Shown: positions 25,268-39,500, counted from the first letter of the stretch. The stretch is 64,000 nt of DNA from Antedon mediterranea (GCF_964355755.1 NC_092670.1:16974795-17038794), one strand, 5' to 3'. Numbers and translations: made by a program. The notes: generated by a model not told the origin, from the letters alone.

Positions 25268-25507
25268 TTATTTAAGTCTTGAAATTGCTTCAATGAAAAC
25301 GTTTTTTCAATACCTTTTAATTTCATCATTATTATCATCTTTATATAAACGTAAATGTAAACTTTAAAAAAAGACCGAATTTAAATAAACTCATCTTACT
25401 TAACGACAACTTATTTAGGTCTTGAAATTGCTTCAATAAAACTGTTTTCCAATACCTTTTAATTTCATCATTATCATCTTTATATAAGCTTTATAAATGT
25501 AAACTTT
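25268..25507. repeat. Tandem duplication, period about 143 bp
   Basis: TTATTTA.GTCTTGAAATTGCTTCAAT.AAA...CAATACCTTTTAATTTCATCATTAT...TAAATGTAAACTTT occurs twice. Confidence 0.8.
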
Positions 25508-25882
25508 TTATAAAAATGTCATGACAAAAATGATAATGATGTAAGGTCAATTTGTTGCCTAATCCAGTGCAATTTCATGACCCTCTTTATCCTGAGCCTC
25601 AAGGGAGACGCCAAGCCTCAATTCTTTGCACTTGCTCAGCTTACAGTAAAAAGTTTTTATGTGGTCATTGGCCTGAGTTTATCCAGACATATTATAATAT
25701 TGTTACCACTTTGTAATAAATGCTTACATTTTAAAAAGATATTTTAAGAATTATTTTAGAAATATAACTAGAAATGTATTGATGTTGAGACATAGGTTTA
25801 ACCTTATAACGTTATGATAATGTTTGAGTTTTTCTTCTTTTCATGCTCTCTATAGTTTGTATTTTATAATGAGCTTGAAAAT

Positions 25883-26137
25883 TTTTTTTATATTTATACT
25901 GGGTAACCTCTTCAGTCAAAGACTGGTCTCCCAGAGGGCCCAGTTGGTGATCAGTGGCTGTGATGTACTAATACACCGGGGTAACCCCCTACTCGTCTCG
26001 AAAGATGTACTAGGTTCTTTAAAGTGCACACGAGCTAGATGTGTACACTGGACCTACGGTTTATAGTCCTTATCCGAGAAGACTCGTTCTACCACCAGAA
26101 CCATGGAGTGAGTGAGCCTCGAACCCCTGCCGATGTT
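25883..26137 (-). mobile_element. tRNA-derived SINE with Deu/Nin-like domain
   Basis: Minus strand has the B-box-like GGTTCGAGGC followed by the same body as 9711-9925 and an A-rich tail. Confidence 0.82.
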
Positions 26138-27410
26138 GAACATACAAATGAACAGACACTATGGGAAGAAGAGCATTCTTGTCACAATAGAAACCACATA
26201 TCGCTGCACTTATATGATCATTGTGACTAACAATAGTATTTGATTAAGACACTATTAAATATTTATATATCATTGAATATTGGTCAGAGTCAAGGATTCT
26301 AAAACATACAATATAGAAGTCAATGTTCTAGCTATTGGGCTTAAATGACAAGGTTACAATAATACTATGTATTATATAGTATTTATAGTATATAGAAAGT
26401 AATACATGCTGGTGCCTACTGACTCCTATTAGATTTATAGTATTAATGTGTATTATTCTTTTGATTCTTATATTGTGTTGCTATTCTTTAAAAACTAAAC
26501 ATTGCTGTACACAAAGTCAATAACGGGCATTGTTGTTGTGCCACACTCCTCAATTCTTACATAAAGTTATTCACACTGGTTATTATATTATATAATAGTA
26601 ATAACACCACAAAAGCCTGAATAAATCTCCAAATTCAAAGCCCATTCTTCGAATGTCTATTCGGGAGTATTGGAGATCCCTTGATAACTTAACTATTCAA
26701 CTGATTTATCCAACAAAAACTTTAAAAGGCGTTTAGGGACAATTCACTCTAAACAATAGATAACAAAGCTACAGATTCGTTGACGTTGGTGCTTTGTTTA
26801 CAATTCAAACAAAAATAAACTTCAAACTTCACCGCCAAAGAAACTTCCTAAAAAGATCTTTCTGACAAGTTAAGCTACGTAAAAAGGGAATAAAAATATT
26901 AAATATTTGCTCAAAACACTGTTTGCTCTTTATATTAATTTGTTCTCATTTTTAAATCTAATAAAAATAATTGCTAAATCATGTGTTATGATCAAAATTA
27001 TCAATAACAATTGGAAATTTAGTACAATAAAACAATAGTTTAGTGTGTAAAAGTGGTTATCAGAACTAGAACATGTTGCAGACATATCTTGTTCCCATTA
27101 ATTTGTAGAGTTTGTTTTTTTAGGGTTAAAAGTTGTGCCTAATATTAAAAATCTGTAACCAATTTTATACTTATTTGTCTGTTACAATTTTAAGCAGTAA
27201 AACCTATGTCTACACTTCAGTTCACCCAGTATTAGCACTTAAGTTCACCTGTTAAAACATCATCAGTTCCTACAATAAAAACATATGAAATCAATTTCCT
27301 CTTTTGTGGTGTAAGACCTGGCCATCGCAAAGTCTGTGCTAAGTAGTTAATCTTTTTCTAATACTTAATAAGGTACATCTGATCCAAAGCACGCCAGTGT
27401 GTAGGCTAAA

Positions 27411-27710
27411 AATGCAATTGAAGCAGACTACTTATTATTTAATGGAATACATCTGAACAGGAGAACATAATGAGCAGACGACGACTCTGCAACGCAATTG
27501 AAGCAGACAACTTATTATTGAATGAAAAACATCTAAACAGGAGAACATGAATGAGCAGACGACTAATTTAAGCAGACGACTTATTTTTTAATGGAATATA
27601 TCTAAACACCAGAACATGAATGAGCAGACGACAACTAATTTAAGCAGACGACTTTTTAGATACATACTGAAGTGCATTATACAGGAGCACACCAATAAGC
27701 AGACGACATA
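27411..27710. repeat. Degenerate minisatellite built on AGCAGACGAC
   Basis: Repeated units AAGCAGACGACTTATT..AATGGAATACATCT.AACAGGAGAACATGAATGAGCAGACGAC. Confidence 0.75.
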
Positions 27711-28422
27711 AATCATCGCAATGTAATAGATGATCAGCAGAGGAACATGTTTTTTTTTTGGTACCACATAACTTGTTATGAACAAAATGGTAACATTTCC
27801 ATAACCGTTCCATATTAAACCCACCTGTTTATCTCCTCATTTCCTTCGTGATTTTAGTTCATGGTTTATCATCCCCCACTCCCTCTACAGTCAAAGGATA
27901 AAAATATGCAATTGAGGAGTGTGATTTCCTTGTCATGTTATGATAGATGGCAGGCAGAATATTTCTGAACTTTACATTAGGGGTTCAACAATGATTCTGA
28001 TTTCCCGAAATAATATAGTGACATAAAAGCATATCTACTTCATTGTATTTGCATGTTCTTGCCTTGCAAATTTGAAAAATAGTGGGAAGATGAAGAGTTA
28101 TTTTAAATATGTATGGGTGAAAGGGTTACACGTCAAAGGTCACAAACATTATAAAATCATTTCCAACATGGTGATGATGATGGTTGTGAGATTACAAGCA
28201 TTTAATAACACTAAAGTCTAGTTTTTTTTTACGTTGGCCACTTGTTTGATTTTTTTTCTTATGATCATTTTTCTTTTCACATACTATATATTATAGTTTG
28301 TTTTAATAAATATCATTCAATTCAAATATTTTCAGTGACACAAATTATGAATACTGTAAATAATGAATAAAGGTAATTCTTGAAAATGATTGAAATGTTG
28401 AATTATCAAAATGTGTGATTGT

Positions 28423-28586
28423 CAGTGGCGTAACAGCTATGAGCGCTCACTGGCTAAACCCAGGGCCCTGGAACAATATGGGTGCCCAGAGGAAAAATCA
28501 GGCTAAAAATGCCCGAGGCATTCAGTGTTGGAGGGCCACTAAGGGTTCCTAAACCAGGGGCCTCAGGCCTCTACGTTACACCATTA
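28423..28586. mobile_element. Degenerate hAT-like MITE
   Basis: CAGTGGCGTAAC ... GTTACACCATTA with internal GGGCCC-type motifs. Confidence 0.55.
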
Positions 28587-29728
28587 CACTCCCTTGTTTT
28601 ATTTTAATCTGAAATTATTCAGTGGATATTCTGATATTATGCAATAGTACTAATATCTTTGGATAGATGCCACACAATAAAAAGGTGAAATTTAAATACC
28701 GGTACCTAAAATCAAATTGAAACCTTGGAAAATGATTGTAAACATTTAGAAAATTTGTTAAGTGTGATAATAATAAAGTGAATATAATTGTCTTATTTTA
28801 GTACTTGTCAAGCATTTGAACGTTTACTGTCACTCACCACCGGATATTCCCATTGGTCAGTCACTACCACTGATGGGTCATTGCTCCTTATTTTTCCAAT
28901 CAAACACCGCACTCATCTCTCAATTTATACTTTTCATTGTCGTTTCACTCATTTCGTTCATAAACTGGTTATTTTATTGAGTAGTAAAACTATTTATTCA
29001 TTTTGGTGACATGTACAGTATTTTATATTGTTATTGTAAGTGTGTACTTAGCTTAGAGTACTACGCCGGCCGTTATTCAGAATTAAATTAGTTTCTAGTT
29101 AGTTAGTTTGTAGTTTAAATAATTGTGTAGTAGTTCAATATAGGTTTAGATAATTTGTTGAACTATCATAGTTCCACAATTCAATTGCTATTCAAACGTC
29201 AAAACAACTTGTTATAGAAGGTTATACATTAATGATTAACTCTGAACAGAAAAAAACACATGTTAAAGCAATAGTTTAAAGGAATCACAACAATTATAAT
29301 CTACCATACTAGAAATTTTGCATTAAATTGATTTGATTCGTTTAAAATATTATGTGAAAAACTAACTGACCTTTAGTGATTCTTACCTTTAGTGATTAAA
29401 AGAGGCTGTGAGCTTAATGCTCGTAATAAAACTGTGAAATTCCTCATACAAAACTTAATTTACTGTATTGTTTTACTTAAATTACCTGATCAGCATGCAT
29501 GTGTAAACACACATTAAAAGTTTAAATGGTACATGAGCACATTTAGTATTTACTGTAATAAAATTCAGTAAACTCAGAGTTGTGTTTTTGACAAGATATC
29601 ATATTTCTGTTTGACCGATTTTTAAAACTTATCCTTCCAAGAAATGCTGCATAAATATTTCCAAAAATATTGTTTTTGAAAGAATTTTCAAAATAGTCAT
29701 GACTTTGATCAAACAAGTAGTCTAACTA

Positions 29729-30636
29729 AGACCCTATTTACACTTCATCGACGATTTATTAGCCGGCCCGAAGTCGGCCCGACGCCGGCTTTCTTTTTAG
29801 CCCGCAATGTGTTTACACTTGCCCAAAAAGCCGGCCTCGGACCCCTACTATTGTGTTTACACTTTCTCTCAAGGAAGAGTGCTCGATGATACGATTTCGC
29901 TACATTCACGTCATATCCGCTCATGTGCGTCTTAAAAAGTTAATAATAATATTATTAAGCGTTGTCGATCTACACTAGGCCTATCAACTTTATCAAAAAA
30001 GAATCAAATAACGGTATTTAATATGGATCAAAACAATTGTATTATTGCTTTACTACTAATGTTTTCGTCTCGTTTTCTAAAGAATAGTAATAGATCAATC
30101 TTCGATCGATGACAAACAATGCCGTTCAACGAAGCGTAACCAACAGAAATAACATAGCGTTTTCAGCCTATTTTCGGAGGACAAGTTACTTAACAATTCG
30201 TAACTCCTCAACGGACAGTCGTATGGACAAAATTTTTACTGTAAAATGTTCTTTAAAGATTAGCCTATATTAGCCTACACCACAGTTTATAAGCATAGGC
30301 GCCGCATGGTGTCCTGAAATCCCCTGAAAACGCTATGTTATTTCTGTTGGTTACGCTTTGTTGCACCGCATTGTTTGTCATCGATCGAAGATGTCTTCGT
30401 TTCGTGAAAAAGACGTATACTTCACAATTTAATTTCAATGAAGAATTTCCGATTCATCAGCAATAAGTTTCGTAAACTTAAAGCTATAGTTGACCCAGAA
30501 CGTTCATTTTATGACCGCGAGTGTTTACACTGTACGAAGTGCCGGTCCGAAGCCCGCAATTGCCGGCCCGAAGCCTCAAAATTGTGCCGGCTCGGTTGTT
30601 CCCAGAGTGCTAAAAGCTAAAGTTTAAATGGGGTCT
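29729..30636. mobile_element. Harbinger-like non-autonomous element with GCCGGC subterminal motifs
   Basis: TIR AGACCCTATTTACACTT / AAGTTTAAATGGGGTCT, internal TGTTTACACT echoes of the TIR, repeated GCCGGC(CCGAAG), TA-containing flanks. Confidence 0.75.
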
Positions 30637-30638
30637 TA

Positions 30639-30712
30639 AGCTCGGTCTACACTATCAAACTAGTTTGACAAAAAAAGTGTGATGTTCCCAATGATATGCC
30701 CAAGACAGAGCT
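30639..30712. mobile_element. Internally deleted AGCTCTGTCTACACT-family MITE abutting the previous element
   Basis: TA|AGCTCGGTCTACACTATCAAACTAGTTTGACA...AGACAGAGCT|TA. Confidence 0.75.
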
Positions 30713-31570
30713 TAAGAATCAAATAAACATAGTGCTTTGGTATAGGTTTAGATAATCTGTAGAAAAATATTAGGATCAAAATGTGAAAACTATTTATCTA
30801 TATAAATTGAATGTGTAAACCACATGCTGGGGCACCTTTTGATTCACCTTTATACATTCAGCTACAGTATGTTATGTTATTGTTTTTTAGACCAATTTCT
30901 TTGTGACAGCTGAGTGCTGTGTTAGGTAATTCCCTGCTATATTCTCTACATCACAAACATTTAATGGATGGGTAACCTGTTTCTTTTCATTATTTATTTC
31001 CTCTCAAGTAATTTTAGTCTAATATTTTAGTTTAGTTTTTTTTAAACATATCAAATATACATACAGTAATAAACATTAGGAAATGACATTTGCTTCAAAA
31101 TTTGCACAATTGATGTAGGCCTGTACTTACCAGTAGCTATCAAAATGTGTAGACCTATATCTTAAAACCAAGCATATTAAAATTCACACGCACATGATGA
31201 TCAGCAGAGATTGAGATGAAAACAAAACAAGATGGTGAAATTCTTTGATGTGACACCGACTACAGATCATCTAGGGTCGGTTAATCTATAAATCACAGAT
31301 GGTGGGAAAGTGGGACACACCTTACAGAACGATCAACCTGGGAACCATAGGCTGCAGTGTGAACTGTGGTGATGAAACCAGTGCACTTGTTTTAATTTTA
31401 TACCACCTTTCATTCATTCTAAAGTAAACTCAATTTATATCCAAATGGTTTGTTGAAATTGAAGTAATAAATTAATTACCATTTAGTAAAAATTGTAATT
31501 CTGTTCAATGAAATAAAAGTTTAATACATATTAAGATGAAATTGAGATTGAAAAACCGCCAAGGCATTTA

Positions 31571-31606
<36 letters not shown>

Positions 31607-31669
31607 TTTTAGATTCAATTTTGATGATTGTTTTAATTTGATGCCTCACAATTTTTAAATTTGTATATC

Positions 31670-31824
31670 TTTGTATTTTGATTGTTCAAGTGCAGTATAT
31701 GGAGAGCCATCTCGATAGTGCTTTGCACTCATGGCAATCCTCAGGGTGCTGCACTGCTGTCTTTTTGTCATGTATTTTTGTGCCTGAAAATTAAATAAAA
31801 TAAAAAAATAAATAAAAATAAAAT
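31670..31824 (+). mobile_element. Extremely 5'-truncated copy (3' UTR + tail) of the CR1-group LINE at 0.8-3.1 kb
   Basis: Near-identical to the reverse complement of about 825-977 (TTGTATTTTGATTGTTCAAGTGCAGTATATGGAGAGCCATCTCGATAG...GCCTGAAAATT plus A-rich tail). Lies shortly after a (TA)n tract. Confidence 0.9.
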
Positions 31825-31894
31825 TATAATTCCAAAACGGTATATAGTAATATTATATTTTATTAGTATTACAAACTTTTACTGTAATATTTAA

Positions 31895-32239
31895 AGATGT
31901 ATTGTCCCCCAAAATCATGAAAAATAAAGATTTTTTAAATCGGACTTTGAATAGGCCATTTTGCAGTTTTAATGAAGTTGTTCACTTCCATAAGAAAAAA
32001 AACGGGGGGAAAAAATTATTTCACCTATAAAAAGACAAAATAAACAGTTAAATTACCCAAAAACTCATTGTCTTCCAGACAATTTGACCATTTTTTGCTT
32101 TAAATTACATTTTTCTCAGGTAAATAAATTTTTTTCAGACCAAATTTTTTGTGAGAGTGAATAACTATTATGTGACATTAAAATAACATATTCAACAAAA
32201 AAATTTAAAAAAATATTTTTTTAGGGGGACAATATATCT
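31895..32239. mobile_element. Kolobok-type MITE
   Basis: TTAA target duplication (31891-31894 and 32240-32243), AG...CT termini, TIR AGATGTATTGTCCCCC / GGGGGACAATATATCT. Confidence 0.8.
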
Positions 32240-35200
32240 TTAACTTTTGTCTTACATTATTTTGTGAAATAATTTGTTGTAAACCAAACGTTTTTGGTAT
32301 GTCAGGACAGTCGAATAAAGTTTTTAACAAAATGTATGCCATAAATAATGACAAAATATTCTAAGAAACGTATATAAATAAATGGGAGTTTTCTACACAG
32401 AGGACAAGGCTATTTTAGGAAGTCTATGAATATCAATAATTATATCAATGTCTATAAATATCATGTCTCACCATGTGACATACCTTGATCTACATGCAAC
32501 TTGTAAAGAAAATGGAGCAATAATAATTGTATGTGTAAATGTATCATCGTATATATTTAAATAGACAGTTTAATATCATTGAATCAAATATTCACATTCT
32601 CACACCGAGGCCTGTGTATATATAGCATAAAATCTATTTATAGTTTCTATTTAATATTCATATAGATATTTTTTACAGCCTTGCTTTGTGTTTTATTTTT
32701 TCATAATTTATACAAGGTTGATTCAGGGAAGTAGTGCTATGAACACCCCTTGATAGATAAAATTAATATGAACTACTAAAAAATGTCATATTGATATTAA
32801 CAAACAATAACACATATTACTACACAAAGAACTCCTTTTTAATATCCTATTTTTAACAGACTATTATATATATATATTATATTATATGTTAGCGTTAGCG
32901 CTTTCCTGGATCTGCCCCTGTTAATGCACCTTTTTAGATTCTATTTTAAAACTTTTTAAAAATGTCTTCAAATTATTAATTTTTTGGGAATAATTTTGCA
33001 ACATTTGTTTAAATATAGGACACTGTAACGGTGCCAGCCTTCCTGTGTCATCCAAGGTTAGAAAGACACCCACGTGAAGAGGTATGTAATGTTTGTGATA
33101 AAATCATTAATACAAATAAAATTTAATTATAAATGCTTGAATTTAATTCAATGCAAATTGGTGGTTTATTTTTAGCTTGGAAAACAATAGAAATGTCTGT
33201 ATCAATCATGTATTTTTAGGTTTATCTGATCAGAAGACGTTTTTAGTCCCTTGACACATTTTTAGTAGAACTAATAAAATGAAAGAATCGAGACCTACAT
33301 ACTGTTACCATGGTAATAGCACACCCTTTACTTGGTTAGACTAGGATAGGGAGACAAGAAGGCGGATATAAAATTAAGTTAAACAAAATTTAAGAATACA
33401 TTGTCATTGTGATCTACCCATAGGCCTTAAGACATTACATGTGGTCCACGAATGTCTTTAAAATTAGTGTTTAATTACCGTGCCATTGGTCGGTTGCGGA
33501 ACCTGTTGCACCACCATTAGCAAGGAATATCAAATTGTTTTATTTCCAAAAAAAGCCGTGACAATTCAAAGGGTTTGGAGACATTCGATGACTATAACAA
33601 GAAAAATCATCTGCGTTTGTTGATGCAAGCTGGTAAGCGAGAGGATAAAACGAGCAAGCAACATGAGAGTAAAGTAATTATCGTTTTCAAAGAGAGAAGA
33701 ATAACAAACCATGGTTTGTTCCCGGGGCAAACACAGATTAATCGTTGCTGATGATTTGTCATTTAGGAACAGCCAATCACCATCTGATAATCATTGTTTT
33801 CACAGTTTGTCAGAACGTAAAATGTTGTTAATTGAGGATTGGTTTCTGAATATCGGTGTTTGATTTGCGGCGCGTGCATTGCAAGTATAACTAATTAACT
33901 ATCAATCGTGTAATTACTCTGCTTGACGCCTACAAGGAGTCTGCAAGTGTGAATCACCACTGGATTTACCTTCAAATCTCCTATTAACTGTTAGTGTACA
34001 TTTATTTAATTAGCATACATACTGTATTTAATTAGCATACATACTATATTTAATTAGCGCAAAGTGTAAAATGACATCTTATAATAATTTTCTATTTTAT
34101 CGTTATTCTTTCTCTGATATCATTCATTTGAAAATATAGGGAAAATGCAGCAGTTTTGAGTACAAACTAAATCAAATGGGTTATTTGACAAAATTAAAAG
34201 AATTATATATTAAGTATGTGGCTTTTAAATATTTATTAATTTTTTTTACTTGATTACCAAAAAACAGTTTTATGAAAACATTTTTATTAATAAAAACGGC
34301 TGATAAATCTGAATTCGGTTATTTGAAAGTGGCGAAATTGTTCCCTGATTACACAAATTAATATCAATGAGAATTGGTTTGCAAAAACTAGAACAGTTAA
34401 CAGTAATCAGCAGTGGTGTTTGTCCAATGATAAAAGTACTAATATGTGTAATTCTTTTTCTGTGTATGTGTTTAATTCATTCAAATACATTGAAACTTCT
34501 AATCACACTCCATTGCTATTGGTTCCTTTTTTCAACTTGATGCGTTGTTGTATGTGTTTTCATCATCTGTGTTATTCCATCTCAAAAGCCATATATGGTT
34601 ATTGGTCGTATAGCATGTAAATGATATAGCTATCGTTCTAATTTTTTTATGGATAGTATTTAGAGATTCAAGCATAATGTTACATATTAACTGGTAGTTG
34701 TGTAATATGTGGTAAGATGAGAAAGTAGTGTACTTATTAATTAGTCTGTCAAACTCTCTTTAAAATAAAGTCCCTGGATGAATTATGTGTCATCATGCTA
34801 CAGGTAAGAATTGACCTCATAGCCTCCGACGGAGACTTCCACTGTTCACAGTACCCTCTACTTGCGGCTAATCAAAAATTGATGTCGCGATTATTGCTGA
34901 CCATTGTCACGAACCGTGTATGCGGTTCCGGGCGGCACATGAGAAGTCGTGGTTTATCAAGGTGTGTCACTGTGTTCGTCTTCTGCTGGTTTCGTTAGGG
35001 GAAACGATCGTTCCAAAGGTGCCTAGAGCGGTGAACTTTTCCTTAGCCTGGGCTCCTAGGGAGCTTAAAGGGTTGACTTTCGCCCACAAGGCATATCCAA
35101 CAGTGTAGTTGGTAATCGTTTCTTGCAAGTAGATTTTACTTGTACTAATGGGTACCTCTTGTGTCAACAGTATCTGTATAACCAACTGTGTACAATGACC

Positions 35201-36402
35201 CCAAAACACTTATTTATCTTATCACATCTAAAAAACTGAAGTATGAGCCCACTATTATATCTAATTTCCAGTACAAACTCAATTAACTTTGTTGATACAT
35301 ATTTATGGTAAATCTTGTAGTAAAGCCTAAATCTTGCAGCTTGAACTGTTGTGATTTTGCAAAATTGCGAAATATTTAATAAGTGCTTTAGCTCTTAACT
35401 ACCAAGTACTTGGACTCCATGTTTTACCTCAAGCCATTACATTAATCCAATATTGTTTATTAGTACATACAGTATGTATGTATTTACTATTTAAACATTT
35501 TTAATCCAATGTATATACATACTATTATTGCATCTATATTTCCTATTGTACATTAGAGTATACAAATTATTGTATACTCTTTTTCACAGTCAACAAGCTG
35601 ACTGTGACGACCATTCGTACATTCATCTCACCTTAATAACATAGAAATAATAATAACGCTGAATTGAATAAATGAAATTATATTTCTGTTTCCGCTATTC
35701 ATCTGTTCTTCATTGCCTATGGCATAATAGAAGTTCTATTTTGGGTTTTTGAAGTTTACAAAATTGTATTGAAGGAAGGTACAAAGACACAGAATGAATG
35801 CCTTGCAGACATCCATCACAAACAACTGTTGACACATAAGGTTTGCACAAGTGTGTAGGTAACTAATATGGAATGCCCGCACTTACAAAATCACAACATA
35901 CCATTAACTTAATTTAATCAATAGTAAATCAGCTTTAGTATTTTAATCACTGAAATTAGAATCAATTATGGTATGTCTACTTGAGTTTCTTTTTCGCTTG
36001 TGTGACTTGACTACTGTATAGCGTAATATTTCTCTACTAGTATTCATTTTACTGATGTATTTGCCAGGTATGGATAATTTGCAAAGAGAATTTCATATGT
36101 ATATAACATTTTCTAGACATACTGGAGACCAGTTTTTGGTTTTTTTGATTGTATGATATTATTTTAATATTCAAAGTATTTCCGGTTTGGTTCTTTTTTG
36201 GTGGTTAATATTTAGGTATGTCATTATTATTTATTTGTATATATTAAAGACATGGTTACAGTCAGGACATGATACAGAATAAACATTCTCTTCCTTCTGG
36301 TCATGTGACTGGTCTCGAGGACCAGGAAAAGAAACCATTCCAAACACAAACTGTACCACCGACAACCACAAAAACAGAAAATCAATATCATGTGTCTGTT
36401 AA

Positions 36403-36542
36403 GGCCATTTTACAGAGATGAATGGTAACGGTAATTAAAATATAGAATCTATATTATTCCTTATTACCATTTATACACAACTCGGAGCGGACGGGAGTTC
36501 TCTACCTACTGTATCGTTACCGCTCGTCTGTGTAAATTTGCC
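36403..36542. mobile_element. Short MITE, same family as 13546-13709
   Basis: GGCCATTTTACAGAGATGAATGGTAACG ... CGTTACCGCTCGTCTGTGTAAATTTGCC. Confidence 0.7.
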
Positions 36543-39500
36543 TATAAAATGGTATGATTCACTATAGTTTGTGGGGCTTAACACATAACTCTGGGCTTAG
36601 TTCCACCAATATAGAAGCACTGAATCCCAACTCAGAACTTAAAGCACTGGTATATATACTTAAGCCTCAGGAAACATTTGATTTACCCCATTCTATAGTA
36701 CTATAATACAAGTATGTCTCTATATGGATTTGGTTTAAGTCTATGAATCGGAAATAAGTACAATGAAAGATATATATTTGTATTCATATTTTAATGATGT
36801 GGTTCGATGTAATTGGTATTAAGTAACTACCACTGTCACCATTATAATTTGCCAATTGTCAATTGTCATCATGAATGATAATGTACTCTATTTTTGTAAT
36901 TTTTAAACTATTTTTACATTACCGTAGTTTCCCTTTTTTTCAGATAATCATTATAATAAATGTTCAATTTATTATAGCGGAAAATTCAGGGTGCCTCTAA
37001 ACGCTGAACAATCAACAGGGAAAAAAGATAAAAAAGATAAACAAATTATGACTTTTTAAACTGTAGACTTTCCTTTATTATATATTAAATTTTCAAAACC
37101 CTTTTACTCCTTAGACATCGCGGCACCACAGAATAGAGTAGTGAAAAACAGAACAAAAGGTTTTTAGTTAGCCGTTACTTCATAAAAGGTTTATCTCGCA
37201 TCATTTCGTTACCTGTGTCTTTAATCGTAACCTGTTGTGTCCTGAATAAACATTTCATTTGTATCCTGAACAATGAACACAAAAGAGGTAGTTATGGTTT
37301 TGTATAATTTGTTGGACAAAAGAATACAATAGGGACAATGGCGATTAAATCACCCCCTTTCATTGCATTATGGGGACGAAAAGTAAGTGTTTACCCTGGT
37401 ATACGATAGCTATTATACCGTTTTTAACTGGTAATTCATGGAGACAATAAAGTTGTGAAAAGAATCAATTTAGGAAGAGGCTAGACTTAATAGCTAAAGG
37501 GGATTATCGCAGGAGAACAGTCTCTCCATAAATGTATAAATTTATATATTTCCTTATAGATATTAAGTAGGGCATTTATTACCCTTAGTCGTATGCCCTG
37601 GGGTGGATGCAGGATTTGTGGTCCGAGGTGCATGTCTTCAGAACCACAGCTCCCTGAGAACATGAACCTTTATTGGTCACCTCAGAAAATGCACACTTAC
37701 ACCTTAAAACTTGTTATATACTGTGTATACTAATGTTCAGTGGGTTCAACAATGTATGCGTTCAAAATAGCGTTGGTCCATTTGCCAACCAAGTAAAAAT
37801 TGCAAATGTAGGCCTACTTGCTGTCTGAGTAATGTGTAATCTATAAACAGAAAAGAATAAAAATAATACAGTTTTTAAATTTATAGCATGTTTCAAACAC
37901 TATGCTACTATACTAACATAGATAAAATTGTTTACTCAGAATTAAGGCATTAATTAATGAATTAATATATACTTATATTAAAGTAAGATTTGTACTCTGG
38001 AAATACAATAATAAATTGAGCGGGGTGGCCAAGAGAAAATGCTGACGCATTATGACTGCTTTGGACGTGCAGCAGATTCAGTCATACCAAGCAGAAAGAA
38101 TGAATAAAATTAACTTAAATCCGCAACAAAACTTTTGGATTGAAATTGATACTTATTCATTGAAAGTTCTGCGCTGTTGAGCGTTGAGTTAAATTAACAC
38201 CAATATAAAGTTTGGTTCTGAAGGCTATTCGGGTACAAATCAATACAGATACGTGTTTACCTATACTATTTGCGTCTCGTTTTTCCAGTCAATTTGATCT
38301 CTAAACGACATTTCACGTCAGTAATGATTGAAAATACATCAGAGTGTTTTGCAAACGGAGTATTTCTACAGATGCGGTTCTAAGGTATGCAACGTGAATA
38401 AAAATTAATAACTGTATTTATTGACATTGTTCTGAGGAGCAACTCTACAAAGGTTAGATTAAATGAGCGTAAAATCCTATTTGAAAGAGCTTTTTTAGTT
38501 CCGCTTGGATATTCACCTGTAAGTTAGTTAATTATCTGTAGAATCATAAAGTGTGACGAAAGTTCTGTTTATCTTTCCAGTGATGTACATCTAAGTTTTG
38601 TTACTGTTCAATGTCAACGGTAATTATGCCCAAAGTGAAACTGGTGCGGTTACAGTAAGTTTTTCCTCCAAAGACCTCATTTAGACTTTAGGCCAGAAAA
38701 TGATAAATATAAATGCTCTGGTGCTCTGGGTTGATGGAGCTGCCCAAATTTAGACACCCTTAGCTAGTTTCCAAATGAGTTGGACCAGCCTAAACACAGT
38801 ATATGTGTCCAATGGCAATTCTCAGTGAAGTAAATGAATAGTAAATAGTAATATGGCCTTGCACGGCCTTGACGAAAAAGTCAAGTTCTCCATGTTGAAA
38901 TAAAGCATTTATTATTATTATTATTATTATTGGAACCATAGTTTTATAACAAATTGGACAAACTTTTTCAAAACTTTTTTGTAAGTTTGTCCCATGTATG
39001 TACTCCCTATACACAATTTTTTCCTGCAGCAAGTATTTCAAGATAGAAGAAAATTCCATTTAATATAAATGAATTTTGTAGGTATGTAAAATATAATAAA
39101 AGATCACTCATTGCTAAATGCCTGTTTACACCATGCACTAGTGTGATGAGTGATGTTCACGGCTTTGATCAATTTTAAAATATTACAATAACGTCCTAAA
39201 GCTAGTTTACATTAAAAAAATTAAGCAGATATATTGATATTTGTAATAATAATTCAGAATTAAATGCGCCAATTAGACTGGTTGTCTCGTGCCAAGCAAA
39301 TTAACAAGGTATGTTGAATAATCGAAATTCAATTTATTAAACGTTTACCCATATTTTGAACAAAAAGATCTCTGCAATAACATTAGCATTGATCAGCTAA
39401 ATGATGGATTTGATAAGTGTTAATTTTGTGTACCTCAGGTCTTTAATTAAGTATTTGTTTCTTTAAGGCCTTTTTGTCATAACCATTTGTTCATTGGTGA

